This document shows, one piece after another, positions 13,001 through 26,809 of a stretch of 64,000 nucleotides of DNA (within the stretch, counting starts at the first letter, position 1; every line of letters begins with the position of its first letter). The notes under the pieces are model-generated. The model ran no database searches and was not told the DNA's origin. It worked only from the letters and a program-made list of their open reading frames with translations. The stretch is from Sphagnum compactum. Lineage: Eukaryota. The position numbers and the translations under genes are program-made. The stretch lies in the NCBI GenBank assembly GCA_965153455.1, contig OZ234493.1:35082213-35146212 (forward strand), read 5' to 3'.

Positions 13001-16000
13001 CAAAGGGATCCAATGGAAATAGATAGTATTAGGACCACACAAGGGGCTAATGGTGACCAACACTTAGGGGATGGACTCACACTGATGGATATGACAGTTG
13101 TTGAAGATGAGAACCAACAGAACTCTGCTAAAAGCAGTACAGTTGTATTGATTTCTGATGCTCAGCGCCACATGTCTCTCTTTTTTGCCCTTTGTACAAA
13201 GGTGTGTTTTGTACAAAGCAACTTCATTTCCTTTTGAATATAATGAATTGTCTGTGTACCTTCAGTTTGATAGCAAGTTGACTTTTGGGAGCTCTTGTCA
13301 AAAAGCACCGTATGTGGTTCTTTGCAGAAGCATACACTTTTACAACAACTATTTACAGTATATGGCCGTGCTTGTAAGGCTGTCAAGCAGGTATGTTCTT
13401 TTACATGACTTTGTCATAACCTTTCCAATCTTCTTTTCTGCTTCATGCATCTGTGGGGCTCTTAACTGAGAGTTTTTTCTTTGTTATTTCAACCTCTACT
13501 TTCTGTGCTGAAATATGGAGAACTATTTTGCAACAGGCAGTTCATCGGCACATTCCCAAACTCTTTCGCACCATTGGGTCATCATCACCAGAGCTCCTGC
13601 AGCTCATTGCTGACCCACCTGCTGGCAGTGAGAACCTGCTCTTGCTGGTAAGCTTCGATATCCTTTCTTCCTCTGCTGGGACATACAATATAACCAAGTT
13701 ATGTCTTTTTGCATGATTGCAAACCTGAGTCTTAAAGCTATATGCAGATTGGTTAGGTATGAAAGTTCTATAGATGGTTTGCTGACTGTTTCTTTTGCAT
13801 AAATCTGTCTCTGTATGATATTTTTGAGAAATGTCTGTGAATATATGGTTTTCTTTCAACAGATTGAATCACTGCTGTGCTCCAACACAAACTATCATGC
13901 AAGCTGTTGATATTCTTGTAGGGTAGGTTCAGGGCCCAGTTGTTGTGTTCTAGTGGTGGATACATGAACTTAGTTTTGAAGTGAATTTTTGCAGGTTCTT
14001 CATAGTTTGACAGAGGGGACTGAGCCCTCAGCAGAACTGATTGCCACTGTAAAGGAGCTCTATGAGACTAAACTCCAGGTTTTTCAATCACTACTTGCTG
14101 GGCATGAGTACTGTGCATGTTCATTGCAACCATGTAGATACTTGATGGTTCTGCATTTACTTCAGTTCTCACGTTTTCCCTGAAAATACTCAGATTTCAA
14201 GGGACATAGGCTTCAGTTTGAAACAGCTCAGTTATGATCCTGAAGGCAAAGTGCCAATGCATTGAACTGCTTTCAGTTAACCCAGGGTCCTTGTTGTGAT
14301 GATGTTGGAACAGGATGCTGCCTTTCTTATACCTGTGCTTTCCTCATTGTCTAAAGAAGAGGTTGCTGTTCTGAACCCAGCTCCTCAATGAAGACACTGA
14401 AGGCTTATTCTCTTTGTTCAAGATGCATCTTTTTCTTAGGTGGACTTCAGAATTGCAAGGGTGTTGTTTTGTACAGGTGTTGCCTGTTTTTCCACGGCTG
14501 GTTGACCTTCCTCCTGACAAATTCCAGGCAGCCCTTGCCCGCATTTTACAGGTAGCCACAACCTTCTCATTTAGGTCTAACGGCACCCAAAATGTTGGAT
14601 GCAGGGTCAGGAAGAATTAGCAGACGCTTGCCTGAAATGTTGGATCCATCTGGGTGACTCATGACAAATGTATACATCAAACAAGAGGAATGTGCTATTG
14701 AGCATGGATTGTGAATGGGTTATCTAGTCTATGATATTTGAGTTGAGATTTTCACCCAATCTCCTTATGGCCTGCAGAGACTAGTAGATTACCTTGGAGC
14801 CTGTTGATTACTGTAAGCCCTGTAGCCTGTCAACTTGTCAATTGAAAAACACCTTGATGGTGGAGGTTTACATAGAGAACCAAACAGAGATGAGATCTAA
14901 GAATTTGATGTGGGATTGGTTCAATTTGTGAAGGGCTCAGCACACACAGGTCCTGCCCTAACACCAGCTGAAGTTTTAATTGCCCTGCATGGCATTGACC
15001 CGCACCGTGACTCTGTTCCGCTCAAGAAGGTTGATACAGCTACACATTTTGTCCTTATTTGCCAATTTGTGGTAGGCTTATAGCATAGTGTGGAAATAGG
15101 AATGAAGATTGAGAAGACTTTGGTGGGGGATGGTGGAGCAGGTGATGGATGCATGTTCAGCTTGTCTTCAGCAGCAGAGTGTCTTTACACAGCAGGTCTT
15201 GGCCAAGGTGTTGAATCAACTGGTAAGGTCACCTATTTCTAATATCTGAGTAGTGAAGAAATCTCTTAGGAGCTCTGGTCTACATCAACTGTGCATTGAT
15301 GAGTGTCATGATCTTTTGTGCCCAGCTATTCCTGTTATACTTAGGATTACTGACACAGGACTGATAATTCATCACATACTTGTCTAGGCTGATCCCAGTA
15401 TTGTCTTGATTCCTGCTTAATGTGACAGCTCATCTGTTGTCCTTGACAAATGGATGGCAATTGATGAGCCTTTGAGAGAAAGACTCTGAGAAGAGGTGAA
15501 TGCATTCTGAGTGAGAAATTGGGTTAATGTGGTGTGATGGGTTAAACAGGTAGAACAGACTCCTCTTCCGCTTCTCTTTATGCGAACGGTTATCCAAGCT
15601 GTTGGTGCTTTTCCTACATTGGTCTTTCTCTCTCCCTTTTCCTACTGATGCCATGGTATAGTTGAAGTTTGTGCAGCAGCTGCATGTTTGTACCTGTTCA
15701 TAGAGAGTTTGTTTCTGTTAGTTAGAAGCACAAGGGATTTCAGCTGGGTTCTTTGGAAGAAAGACTTTGTGGAAAGTCGTGCTCCCAACAGTGTCCAATC
15801 CAGATACAGAATTCTGGGCAAATCAGGAAACATGTTTTATGCTCCTCTTCAGCATACAGAAGAGGGCAATGCTAAGGGTTTCTCTTTGTATGCAGGTGAG
15901 CTTTGTGATGGAGATTCTCTCTCGTCTTGTGAATAAGCAGGTACAGGATAAGGTCTCACGGTATCCCCTGTAGTTGGTTTCACAGCTTCAACATGTGGTT

Positions 16001-17383
16001 GGACAGTGCTATTCTTTAGTGTGATTTACCCTTTTTTGAGCTTCCCTTGGAATATATTGTGGGCACTGTAAATTCTGAACCTAGTCAGCAATAGATTTCA
16101 GAAGACATGTTTCCTGACCTGAGAACAATCTAGTGTGTGGGGTTTGGTTGTCAGGAATTCTCTTGCAAGAAAGGTTTCTGAAGTATGGAAAGACATTTCT
16201 GTTTCTGTTCCTGGATGTGTAGATTTGGAAACTACCTAAGCTGTGGATGGGCTTTCTCAAATGTGCACATCAAACAGTTCCCCATTCTTTCCACGTCTTC
16301 TTGCAGGTGCAGTGGCATTCTGGCATACTGGTTTGATGTGTTTTCAATGTGATATTGAGGTGACCCTTTTTCAGCTGTGTAATATGTTTTCACAGAGAGT
16401 TCATACATAAACAGAGAGATGCCAATATAACCGGACAGTGCGCAATAAGTGGCAAGGGATTTCAAGATCTTAACACAAAGAAGATACAGAATTTACAAGG
16501 CAAATTTCACACAGATGGAATGACTAATGGACACACTTGGGAGAATTGAAGATGTACCAATGGGCAGAAGATACGGTCTTATGAACAGAAAAGCCACTGA
16601 AGACCAACTAGGAATGGCAAAACAAGCATGACTTCTGATGAAAAGGATAACTAAAAGTGCATGGATCTTCAAGCTGGTCCTCATGACCAAGAAGAATGGA
16701 TGAAGAAGGAACAGGAAACAGTGTTTAAATAACAGGGAAATGTCTGGTTGACAGGTGAGAACAACCGGAAGGAATGATGGACCTGCCAACTGGAAGAGGT
16801 TTTTGGGTTGTTCTTAGCTAAGGATTCTTGAACACTTACAAGCCTTTTTGGAGTCTTGCAGCTACCAACTTTGCAACTGGAAGATGCACTGAAGGAGTAC
16901 CCAACATTGCGAGGACCTCTTGCCACTCATGCTAATCAAACTGCTGTCCGACCCACTGTACCCAGGTTACTCAATTTTCCCATATCCCCAGAAACTCTGT
17001 TTGTGTAGCAGGTAGCAAATGCAGGCATCTGCAGGAGTTATAATTTCTCTCACTCAGGAAAAGTGGGGTGTCCACCTTCTTTGGTCCCTAGTGTTTGATG
17101 AGACAGACCTTGATGTGTTTCAGTACAAGTGGTCACATGGTTGATATATACCAGGATCCTGTCTCTTCTCAGATGCTCATGTAATATCCAGACCTAACAA
17201 TAAACACCCACCTGTGTTTTCATCAGGTCATTACTTGTGCTTCTAGGACTTGCACAGGAGGCAACGCTGGTTTCAGATGCAGGGTCTGGTGTTGCCCAGT
17301 CAATTGCAGAGCCAACTTCAGGAACGAAAGCAGCAACAACTGATTTGCAAGCAGCTGAACAAGCTTCCAAAGTCAGCCAATAA
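3922..17383 (+). CDS. ESP4: Symplekin (CPSF/CstF scaffold; plant ESP4-like), 27 coding exons, about 1344 aa
   Basis: Exons: 3922-4139, 5703-5862, 6742-6834, 7237-7354, 7470-7638, 7879-8053, 8169-8300, 8490-9044, 10498-10933, 11123-11310, 11509-11577, 11761-11874, 12010-12243, 12537-12584, 12896-13201, 13328-13390, 13537-13647, 13995-14078, 14314-14361, 14477-14551, 14934-15029, 15142-15222, 15550-15621, 15896-15940, 16223-16306, 16862-16965, 17227-17383. Total 4035 nt with consistent phases, ending in TAA. Motifs: DGVRLLAVKFVET, IAKRRP, RDPRR, VANKLY, SLFFALCTK, GSAHTGPALTPAEVLIALH, PLPLLFMRTVIQA, IWKLPKLWMGFLKC. Confidence 0.93.
4782..4860. other. Perfect 28-bp inverted repeat (hairpin) in symplekin intron 1
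   Basis: CTGCAATTCTATCTCCCTCTACCATAGG (4782-4809) is the exact reverse complement of 4833-4860, with a 23-nt loop. Confidence 0.95.
6010..6563. mobile_element. Non-autonomous hAT element in symplekin intron 2
   Basis: Terminal inverted repeats CAGTGTTGTG / CACAACACTG, a perfect 8-bp TSD GTTTTTTC (6002-6009 and 6564-6571), and many internal GGTTC/GAACC motifs. Confidence 0.85.
7021..7053. repeat. (CT)16 microsatellite in symplekin intron 3
   Basis: Uninterrupted CT run, directly visible. Confidence 0.95.
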
Positions 17384-17831
17384 CAAATCCTCAAACGCTC
17401 TCAATTTGAGTTGAAAGCAAGTGTGAGTTTTAAGCAAGGAATCAGTGTACCGACTCCTTTTAATGTGATAGATAGTGTCATGCAAGTGAGTGATGATGAT
17501 CTTGTATTCATTTTGAGTCATAACCAACATGTGACTTCAGTTCTTTTTCTCTTCTTTCCAAAGTATGGTAAGCTCAGGTTGTGTGAGTTTTATCAACTTT
17601 ACACTTCCCCCAAAATGGGGATACTTGATTTTTGTTGACAATACACCAATTTCAGTAAAAGGGCTTCTCTCCAAATTAAGTTTCTTCAAATTGACCGCAT
17701 CTAACTTTGATGCTTTCATACCACGACTCTTTGTGGAAAACCTGTTGTGGATTGCCCCAATTAAGTGCACCATCACCGGAGGCGAATGACTATACATCTG
17801 GTGGGTGAGTTATTCTTAATTGCAGGGCTTA

Positions 17832-18404
17832 GAGCATCTCCACCCACATGTATTTAGGGGATTAACGCAGGGCCTACTTATGTGGCTAACTAAAGATTTC
17901 ATAGTTTAGGGGATATTTAAAGGTTACATAAGGGGCTACGTAGGGCGGGTTCAAAGTCCTTATGTAGACTGTATGTAGCCCTTTAAGTAGCCCTTAGGTA
18001 TTTTCTAATTTACGTAGGTCCTTAAGTAGCCTCGATGTAGCATCGCAAGTAGTCCCTATGTAACCCACAACGTATGCTCTCTCTCGATTGCCCATATCTT
18101 AAATAGCCCATAACCTAGATAGGCCCCTAGGCAGGACTGTAGTTAGTCTCTAAGTTACTCCTTAGTATCCCCTAATTTAGGGTAAGCCCTTTGGTAGTAC
18201 CTAAATAGGTCCCTCTATAGCTCTTAGGTAAGTCCTTATGTAGGTTCTATGTAACCCCTGATGTAAGCTTTTTCATTACCCCTATCCTACATAGGTAGGT
18301 GGGTAAGTAGGTATGTAGCCCATATGCTATGTGCTTTCCATGAGAAGTGACACTCAGTGGAAAGTCACAGGTCGGTTTCAAGAGATGGATAGGTAGGGTG
18401 TTCT
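17832..18404. mobile_element. Decayed Tourist-like (PIF/Harbinger) MITE downstream of symplekin
   Basis: The left end TTA|GAGCATCTCCA matches the TIR of the intact MITE at 47331. The putative eroded right end is GGTAGGGTGTTC|TTA. The interior is low-complexity TAGG/CCTA-rich. A second TIR-like copy occurs at about 18420. Confidence 0.4.
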
Positions 18405-19174
18405 TAGGAAGGGCTATTAGAGCATCAATCATCTCCACCCCCACACCTGCAAACAGCCCTTTTCATCAAATCTTGCATCAGGATAGCGTCAAATCAATCG
18501 TGCTGCGCTCCTTCCTGTTGTATTGATGGTCCATTTTGCAGTGGTCATTTTCAACCCCTTTTTAAATCTTTTTTCTACTATGGATTCGGACAGTGACTAA
18601 ATTACTCACTCGTCCAAATGTAAAGACATACATGGTGTTTTGAGTGTTTAAAAGGGACTTTTTTTATGACGTTTGTGGGTGGGGACAGTGATCATTAAAC
18701 ACTATTCTACATCGTTTTCCAACAAGTAATTGTGATGCACATAACACTCAATAGAACCAAGTTTTTTTTTTTTTTTTTCAATTTTGTGAGGTAAGTGGTC
18801 TGGCGATTGTTTGTCTGCAAGAGGACTTAGCCAAATTTGGCTACAGATCACAGAGGAAAGTAGAAAATTTTAGGATTATATATTTTGGCTGGAACCTCTT
18901 GTTTACATGTGGCAATTTTTTCAGATTTTTTTTTTCAAAATAAATCCTTTGTATGAGTCGCACTGGGTGATCTGTTTTTGCTATGTCTGATTGCGATTTC
19001 CGGATCTGTAGTCATTCCTACCAGAAGTTATCATGTTGCACATGATCATGTGCACTGGATAGAATTTGCACAAAAAAGCTAGCTTCAATAGATAAACTTG
19101 TATTACTCATCTGATGAGCTCACCCACTCTCTTCACCCTACCCACCTTCAGTGAAAGTCTGATCTGTTTGACGC

Positions 19175-19182
19175 TATATAAA
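19175..19182 (+). promoter_or_regulatory. Putative TATA box of the phytocyanin gene
   Basis: TATATAAA about 150 nt upstream of the ATG at 19327. Confidence 0.55.
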
Positions 19183-19326
19183 CAAGCTCCAATGTTCACA
19201 TTTTGCACTCCCATCCTCGAATCATTTGCATTGGACTTTGTGTTTCTTTCAGGCTTCTTTTCTTTGCTGATTGTTCCAAACTCCCCAGTGCTGCCAATCA
19301 TCGAGCTTCATAAGGTGTCACTGGCC

Positions 19327-20276
19327 ATGATGTCAACAACTAAAGCTCAAGTAAAATTCACACTGCTCCAATGTGCAGTACTCATGCTGCTGCTGCTGCT
19401 GCTGCAGCAACAGCAAACAGCGATGGCTCATAACTACCTAGTGGGCGATGAAGCCTATTGGGAGGTGCCCCCTTTCCCAACCTACTACGATGTGTGGGCT
19501 GCCCATGCTGGTCCCTTTCTCATGGGCGATACTCTTAGTAAGACATTATCAATTCCTCCATTCTCTGAAAACCAAATGCATTCTAACTCGTGTCTAACTT
19601 CACATGTCATGCAATCAATGCCAATGCTCAATGCTCTGTGCATGCTTAATGCTCAGTGCTCTTTTGTCAAGTGTGTATTACAAAACATTAGTTTTTTGAA
19701 ATTATTATTCGTTGTTGGATCAATGTGATAAGGAGTGTCTTTGGAGTCTATCTTTTATGTGTCTTACAATTTTCATGGTGTTGGGTAACAATCTAGTAGC
19801 ACAAGACACCTTCAATTGTGTCATAATTTCAAATGGTTGGTTGGTTGGTTTCATCTAGTGCAAATAGAACAATTTTTTAGTAGTCTTTTGGGGGTCTCAT
19901 CTTTGGTGTGTATGTTTTTGTATATAATTCTTGTGTGAATTTGTTAATTTTGGTGGTGTTGGCTATCAACTTAGTAGTGCGATCTTCAATTGTATTGTAG
20001 TTTTATCGAACATTGCAAATCTTGTTTAGTTGATTTTTTGATATGTTATTGATATGTTAATGATATGTTATTGCAGATTTTGTGTATAGAAGAGGTGATA
20101 GTGTATTGCGTGTAAATGGACCCGATTATGCCACTTGCAACATAGCAAACCCAATTGAATCTTGGACTTGGGGACCTCACTCATACTCTCTTAATATAGT
20201 GGGGAATATTTACTTCATCAGTGGAACTCCAGGTCATTGTGCCTCTGGCCAACGTTTGGCCATGGTTGTGCTCTAG
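19327..20276 (+). CDS. Phytocyanin / early-nodulin-like (ENODL) plastocyanin-like domain protein, 136 aa, 2 exons
   Basis: Exons 19327-19537 and 20077-20276 with a phase-1 GT-AG intron. A Leu-rich signal peptide precedes YLVGD..W......Y..WA....F..GDTL-N-FVY...DSVLRV...DY..C ... YFISGTPGHCASGQRLAMVV*. Confidence 0.9.
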
Positions 20277-21903
20277 TGATGTTCTTGAACTACCATGACA
20301 AAATGAGCAACTACGAACTTTATTTCTTGTTGCTATGCATTCTTCTCTCATGAATAATGTTGTTTTCATTTCAAGTTGAAAATAAACTTCCAAATTGCAA
20401 AACAAAGTTAGAACTTTGTTTGTTATAAATAGGAGGAAGAGGTTGCAAAGCTGAAATTGTATTTTAGATTTTGTTAAGGTTTGTGCACCATCAATAACAT
20501 CTCTGAGTGAAATGTGAGAGAATTATGTGATAAAAGCTTCAAATTATTGTTAAAAGTTCTTTCAACTTTGCATATGTTATGCATGCAACATGTAAATACT
20601 AATTCACTAAGGTAACTCTTTAAAACAATTCAAAGCATTGATTTGAACAATCTCACTTACCACAATTGTTTTCTTTGCACTTAGACACAAAGCAACCTAT
20701 GAAACCATTATAACATTTAAGCACTAGTTTACTCAAGTTATTTCCTCAAAAATATTCAAGGCTCCCATTTTAACAACTTCATATGCTCTAATAAGTTTTT
20801 TTTCACCCCTACGCAAAGGTCTATTTTACCAACCTTGTATTTTTACATTAAATCATAATTCTTGTTTGTATACACAACAAATGTTAACAAAATCACAAAC
20901 ATATGAGGAGAAAATGTTATCACTATTTTTAAACAACAATTTGATGCTTCTAAAACAATAACTAAAAAAAACTTATTGTGGCCACCTATCAACCCTTCAT
21001 AGATGCCTTCTATGATTATCATTAAAAGTTTCTTGAAATGTCTCAACTTTTGATGCAAGCACATTGTCACGTGACAATAGATGGAAATCAAATTGCTTAT
21101 TCTTCAAATAGAATAACAAAAATCCATTAAAAAATAAACCAAGAGAAGAATACATAGACTTCACAAGAAAGAATTAACTATTGAAAAAAATGTATATTAA
21201 TAGTCTTATGGAAAAAAATGGAAGACCATATTAATTCTAGTCCCAAGCTTTGAAGTGGGCAATATATCGACAACAAACAACAATTTATAATTATTTGGTT
21301 TTCAAAGAAATCAACTTGTTTGTGAAATTGCACAAGATTTCAAGGTTTAAACTTCTTGTTTCCATAAACATTTGCTTGTATGCAATAAGCCTTTTCCACG
21401 CCTTGGGAATACATGTTTCAAGTCAAATCGATAGTCATACCATGCATGCTACAATTTAATTTGATTGCACAACTAAAATTTATAAATGCAGATGGGAAAG
21501 AAAAGATGTGACAAATAGTGAGTTGACGAGGATTGACAATGAGTTACACCAATCCATCACCCAAACACTTATTTCTTTGAGTATTTTATGTATACGAATT
21601 TGGGATCCTATGGATACTTATTGTCAATGCTACCTATTTGTTGGGGTATTAGTTAGTTGTAGAGGTGCATTTTAATGTGTGTGTGTTTAAAACAATGGGC
21701 TTCTTTGATTGGCCTTAAGCCAAAAAAATATTCACACTATAAAACCTCCAAAAATAGCCTTTCCTTTGTCTAGTTATAGGTAGAAATTTGGGAACAATAT
21801 ATGGGATAGGGATAATGTGTGGTGTGAACATGATGAGAATATGATGGGAGAACAAAATCCCAAAAAAATCTCAAACCTTGTCGTCTTTCAAATGAAATAT
21901 ACA

Positions 21904-23274
21904 TGTCACAAATAGTCAACTAGTGCCATTACCATGGCCTTGAGCTTACGACCAAGACTAAAACATGACATATGAATAATATCATAAAACTTAAATGCAC
22001 TCACACAAATGCAAGAAAGTGTAAAGAAATGAGTCTCAACACTCTCTAATGGATTTTCACTTTGGGAATCAAAGTCCCACATGTGTTTCAAATCTTTGGG
22101 ACAAGGTTTTAAATAAAATATCTTGTCCAAATTACGCATTTTTAGATTATTGAAAAGATCTTAAAGATTAGATATCGAGTGTGGGATCATAGTTTCCATT
22201 TGAAGATTGTTAACCCAATTTTTTAATATGTATATAGTAATTGGTTAAACCAACTGGTAACCAATGAGGTAGTATAAACCGATGAGGCTATTTTAGTTTT
22301 TGGTTAATAGGTCTTAATTAACCAATCTATTATAGAACTAGTAACTAATCTGTTACAATAATCGGTTGATTAACAGAACAAGTTGATTTGAACTTGTGAC
22401 CAATGACTTGCTATTTTAATTTTGAAGTTTATATTGGCTAGTGACTGTTTAAGTTGAAACAACACTATAAGTTGGTATAACTAGGAGTTTTTTTTTTTTT
22501 TTTGGTAATTCTTAAAAAGAGTTTTTTTTTTCTAAAATAATTTTCTTTTGGTTTTCTTTTGAAGCTTTTGCTTTCTATTTTTGGAATGCATGCTTTAGAA
22601 ATGTTGTTCTTGATGAATAAGTAAGAAAATAAAATGCTTCTTGTGTTTTAATATTCAGATTTGGATAAACTTGTTGATAATTTTAATAAACCAAAATTAA
22701 AAATTGGAAGAGAATATGTGAAACTAAAAGGATAGAACAAACCCTTAACAAATATGGCCAAAATAATGATTAAGAATTAACCTAACAATTTGATTCCCAA
22801 CCATTAAAACAAAAAAATTAGGGGTCAAATAACATTTGATTATAATGAACAATACAACATTGGAAAGGCATTTTCAAGGGATGTGACTTTGCCCTTGCAA
22901 ATTCATCAATCAAAGTTTGAATGTGGGAGTTATGAGTTCACATAGTTGTGAGATTCATAATTGGCCAAAAATAATAAAAAATTAGGACTCCCATTTTGAA
23001 ATCCAAAGTTGTTCACATTTTGATGCAAGCCCATGGTTAATCACAAAATGTATTCTATAAAGAAACATGGTGAGGTCCTTGCAAGTCTAGGTTATGGTTT
23101 GTCTTGTGAGTTTGGTCAATTATGAGCCATTCATGCTAGTCCCATCTCAAAGCTCCAACACCTTCTTTCCTTGTGTGAATTAAGGAGTGCACCTTGAGTT
23201 TACATTTTGTTGCAAAATAAAAAATTGGTAGATTTTTTGCCTTTGTATCACATGACAAACCTAAAGGTGTGTCA
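21904..23274 (+). mobile_element. Highly decayed LTR-like fragment with an internal insertion (~22205-22760)
   Basis: Begins TGTCACA and ends GGTGTGTCA. Patches (GAGTCTCAACACTCT, GGAGTTATGAG, GGACTCCCATTTTGAAATCC) resemble the reverse complement of the LTR at 36085-36825. No TSD was recovered. Confidence 0.35.
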
Positions 23275-26200
23275 ACCCTGCCCCTCCCATAAAGAAACAA
23301 ATAACTCAATTAATTAACAATGGTAACTTTATCTATTAATATGAGGACCACCTTGAGTAAAATCAAATAATAGTGTGAAAAAAAAAAATTTGGGTTAAAA
23401 TTAGTCGTTTGTAGTTTACATGTCATTACACAACATGTAAATACTAAGTTCAATAAGGCAAAGTTTTAAAATAATGTGAAACACCAATTTGAACAATCTC
23501 ATTAGTCCTTTCCCATTACATTGGGTGCATCACCCAACTCACTTTAATGGGCTCACATGGCACCTTACCTTTAACACAATGGGCAAGGGTTAGACCATTA
23601 TATGATACATAATCAACTTGCACAATGAAATCATTAGTTGGGATGCTTTGGATTTGTCAAGGAGTTGTATGGTTTAAGGCCTTAGTTTAGAGAATATTGT
23701 TTGTGTAGATTATCAGGTTCAAAACTATAAGCATTTAAAATGAATTAATATATCACATAATTATGCATAATTACATCTATTGTGTTTTTTTAATTAATTA
23801 ATTATATTATGATTATTTTATGTGATTATCTAACTAATAGGTAAATAGGTAGATTTTTAAGATGGGCCAAAAAAATTCATAATGGTTTAAATTGTTCTAA
23901 GGATGAAACAACAAAATAAATGCATGTTGATAAACCACAAAAGTGGGTCACCATGAGTAAAAAATTGTAAATAACAATATTATGGCCTATGGATAAAAAG
24001 ATGGGTACATATGAAAAATAAATAATACATCTTATGAGCACTACACTTGAAATTATTTTGATTAAGGACTTAAGCTTAGATTAATGAAATATTTTAAGTT
24101 AGGCATAATCAAAAATAAATTGTGTGGACTTGACTAGATCTTAAAAATTAAATTTCATATAATTTAATGACCCATTCATAAAAAGGATGATACTTCTAGT
24201 TCATGTTAATATGTAACATAATATAATTAGTTTGAGGTTGATGAATGATTATATCTAGTAAATGTAAATGAATGAGGTCGATAATTCATTCATTCATCCT
24301 TTCAAGTAATTCAACAGTTGTGATGGAACTTTGAGTTCATTCTTCATTTTAATGAATTCATGTTGCCATATTTTTTTACTAACCCTTGGAATAAAACTTT
24401 GTGTGTAATGAATTTACAATGCAATCAACCCATTTTTTGTTATGATTGTGAAAGTATTCACAAGGGAAACTTATGTGATTTTGATGAGTGATATGATCCT
24501 AATAATGAGAGGTATTTAGGAATGTGTGATGAACTCTCTTTTGGGTGTAGCTCACATAAAGACCAAGCTTTAATCATGTGGATGATCTTAACCCAAACAT
24601 ATTTAAGTTTTTTATAATTGTGTTATGTGTTTTGTGTGAATGGTGCATGTGTTGTGTGTGGGACTTTAATTTGAATAATTTATCAATGTGTTCATAAAAT
24701 TTTAATTAAAAATTAATCTTCATAGGTAAGGACCCTTCTTAGAATACAAGTCCATCCCACATGGGTGCAAATTTCAACAAAAGATATATTTAGAAACTTC
24801 TACTTTGCAAGGGCTATGTATTTTTTGCCAAAATCTAGGTAACATTCGTATTTGAATGTTACAATGGATTATCAATGCCTGGCTTGCATTTTTGCAAAAG
24901 TGTCCAATTTCTACCATATATCATAAAATCAACTATGGAATGCATGTTTAAACTAGCATTGGGAGAGTTTTAGTTGTTTTATAAATTTGCTAGGTTTGGG
25001 TTTCAAAAGCTTTTTTGATACCCAAATTAGTTATGTATATATGTAAATAAACCCAAGAAGGATTTCAAAAAATTGAAAAAAAAATTCCCTAGGTTTCAAG
25101 GTCTCGATTCTCGGACATTTCATACCAGTTGATTTTCAAAGGCAATTCTTAGACAAAGGGTATCAAAAGTTTTGTTACTTTGAACATTAGATTATTATTC
25201 ATTTTTACAAAATTAAAAAAATTCAAAATCAAATAAATTTTATGAACAGTTTACATGTTTAGAAGTTCATCCAGCTCAAAAAAACTTTCAAAATTCTTCT
25301 AACTCCTCAAAATTTAAATCCTTTTCAATCAACTCGACCAAATTGGAAGGTGGTTTATAATCAATATTAAGATCATTTAGCCAGTTTTTGCTTACAAATA
25401 ACAATCTCTTCAAATTTTTTGATTGTAAACAACATCTCTTAAAGTTTGTAAATATCATTGTTAAAAATGTTAGATTATAATGCATCAGACAATAACTAGT
25501 GGCTACTAAACTAGTTCAAAACACATGCATTGACAACAAGAGAAAGACAATCCACAATTATTTGAAATATGTGCAAAGTAAGAAGAGAAGGCACCATGCC
25601 ACTAATCTTAACAATATTCTGCCTATTGCAGCAAAGGATAATGACATCCTTGAATTGCAAAGCCTTTTGGAACATAATGATTTTACTAGTAAACCTACAA
25701 TTGGAATTAAACAAATGTTATGTATCATTCAGTTTTTTTTAAAACTTACATAAAAATAAATAAAATTTGTAAAAGATCAAACTTTCACCTTGTTTTCATT
25801 GGAATATTCCATTTTGCGAGTGAATGTTTGGATTTACATATACCTTGTCCCATTCTTGTCTACCCTTCCCCAACTTTTAAGGCCAAATGATACATTTTTG
25901 CAAATATGACTATAGAAACTTGATAGAAATAAATCAAAGGTTTTTGCGATGTCTTTTTATCAATTGTATCATATTGACATGCCTTAGAAAAAACATGGCC
26001 AAAACAAGTGCCATGAAAACTTTATCAAAACCTAAAACTTCACATTGAATAATTGATTTTTAAACAATTACCAATATTGTAGTTAAATTTGACCTTTCAT
26101 CTTTCACATATGTAATAATTTTTTTCTCAATCCATATTGATCAAATAATTTATATTAGATTAGTGGTCAAGGATTGACCATTAGTTTTTGTTGCTTAAAA

Positions 26201-26809
26201 CAACCCAATAGTCATTTGTTTACGTTGCTAATTAGATCCTAAAAGTTAATCACAAGAGAAAAAATATCATGTGCCCCCTTGAACATCCATAAATCAAAAC
26301 TTACTTTGTAAATATCCAATCTCCCTATTCTGGTAAAACATATACTTGTATCATTTTCTCCACCAATTTAGGTAATATCTCATGAGCAAATTATTTTCTA
26401 GAAGGAAAGACAACTCGAGGACATAGATGTAAAATTAAATGTTTGAACCAAACACTTTCCACAAACTATAATGGCAATTGATTTTCATAATTAGAAGGAC
26501 AAGGTCTTTCCAAAAGTCTTTATGTTGCTCATCATCCTTTTTTAATAAGGTATTTGACGAACGACATTGATTTTCACCAATTCGAAAACCCCCTGGGTGG
26601 CTTTACTTACATTAATCAGCTAATTGACATTGTTAGAACCTTTATCCTATTTTACTTATGGAGTGATATGCCTCTACTTATGGAGTGCCTCTACTTTAAA
26701 GATGATTTTTTCTCCACTTAATCCATCTTCCACTGTACTTGCACCTCCACTGTTGAGGTCGGCATTGTGACTTGGGACATGATTCAACTTTAGGTTAATT
26801 CTAGGGACC

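Noticed and set aside
19114-19326. N-terminal extension of the phytocyanin ORF
   Set aside because: It spans the putative TATA box and leader. The signal peptide begins at 19327, and the ORF tail after 19537 is intron.
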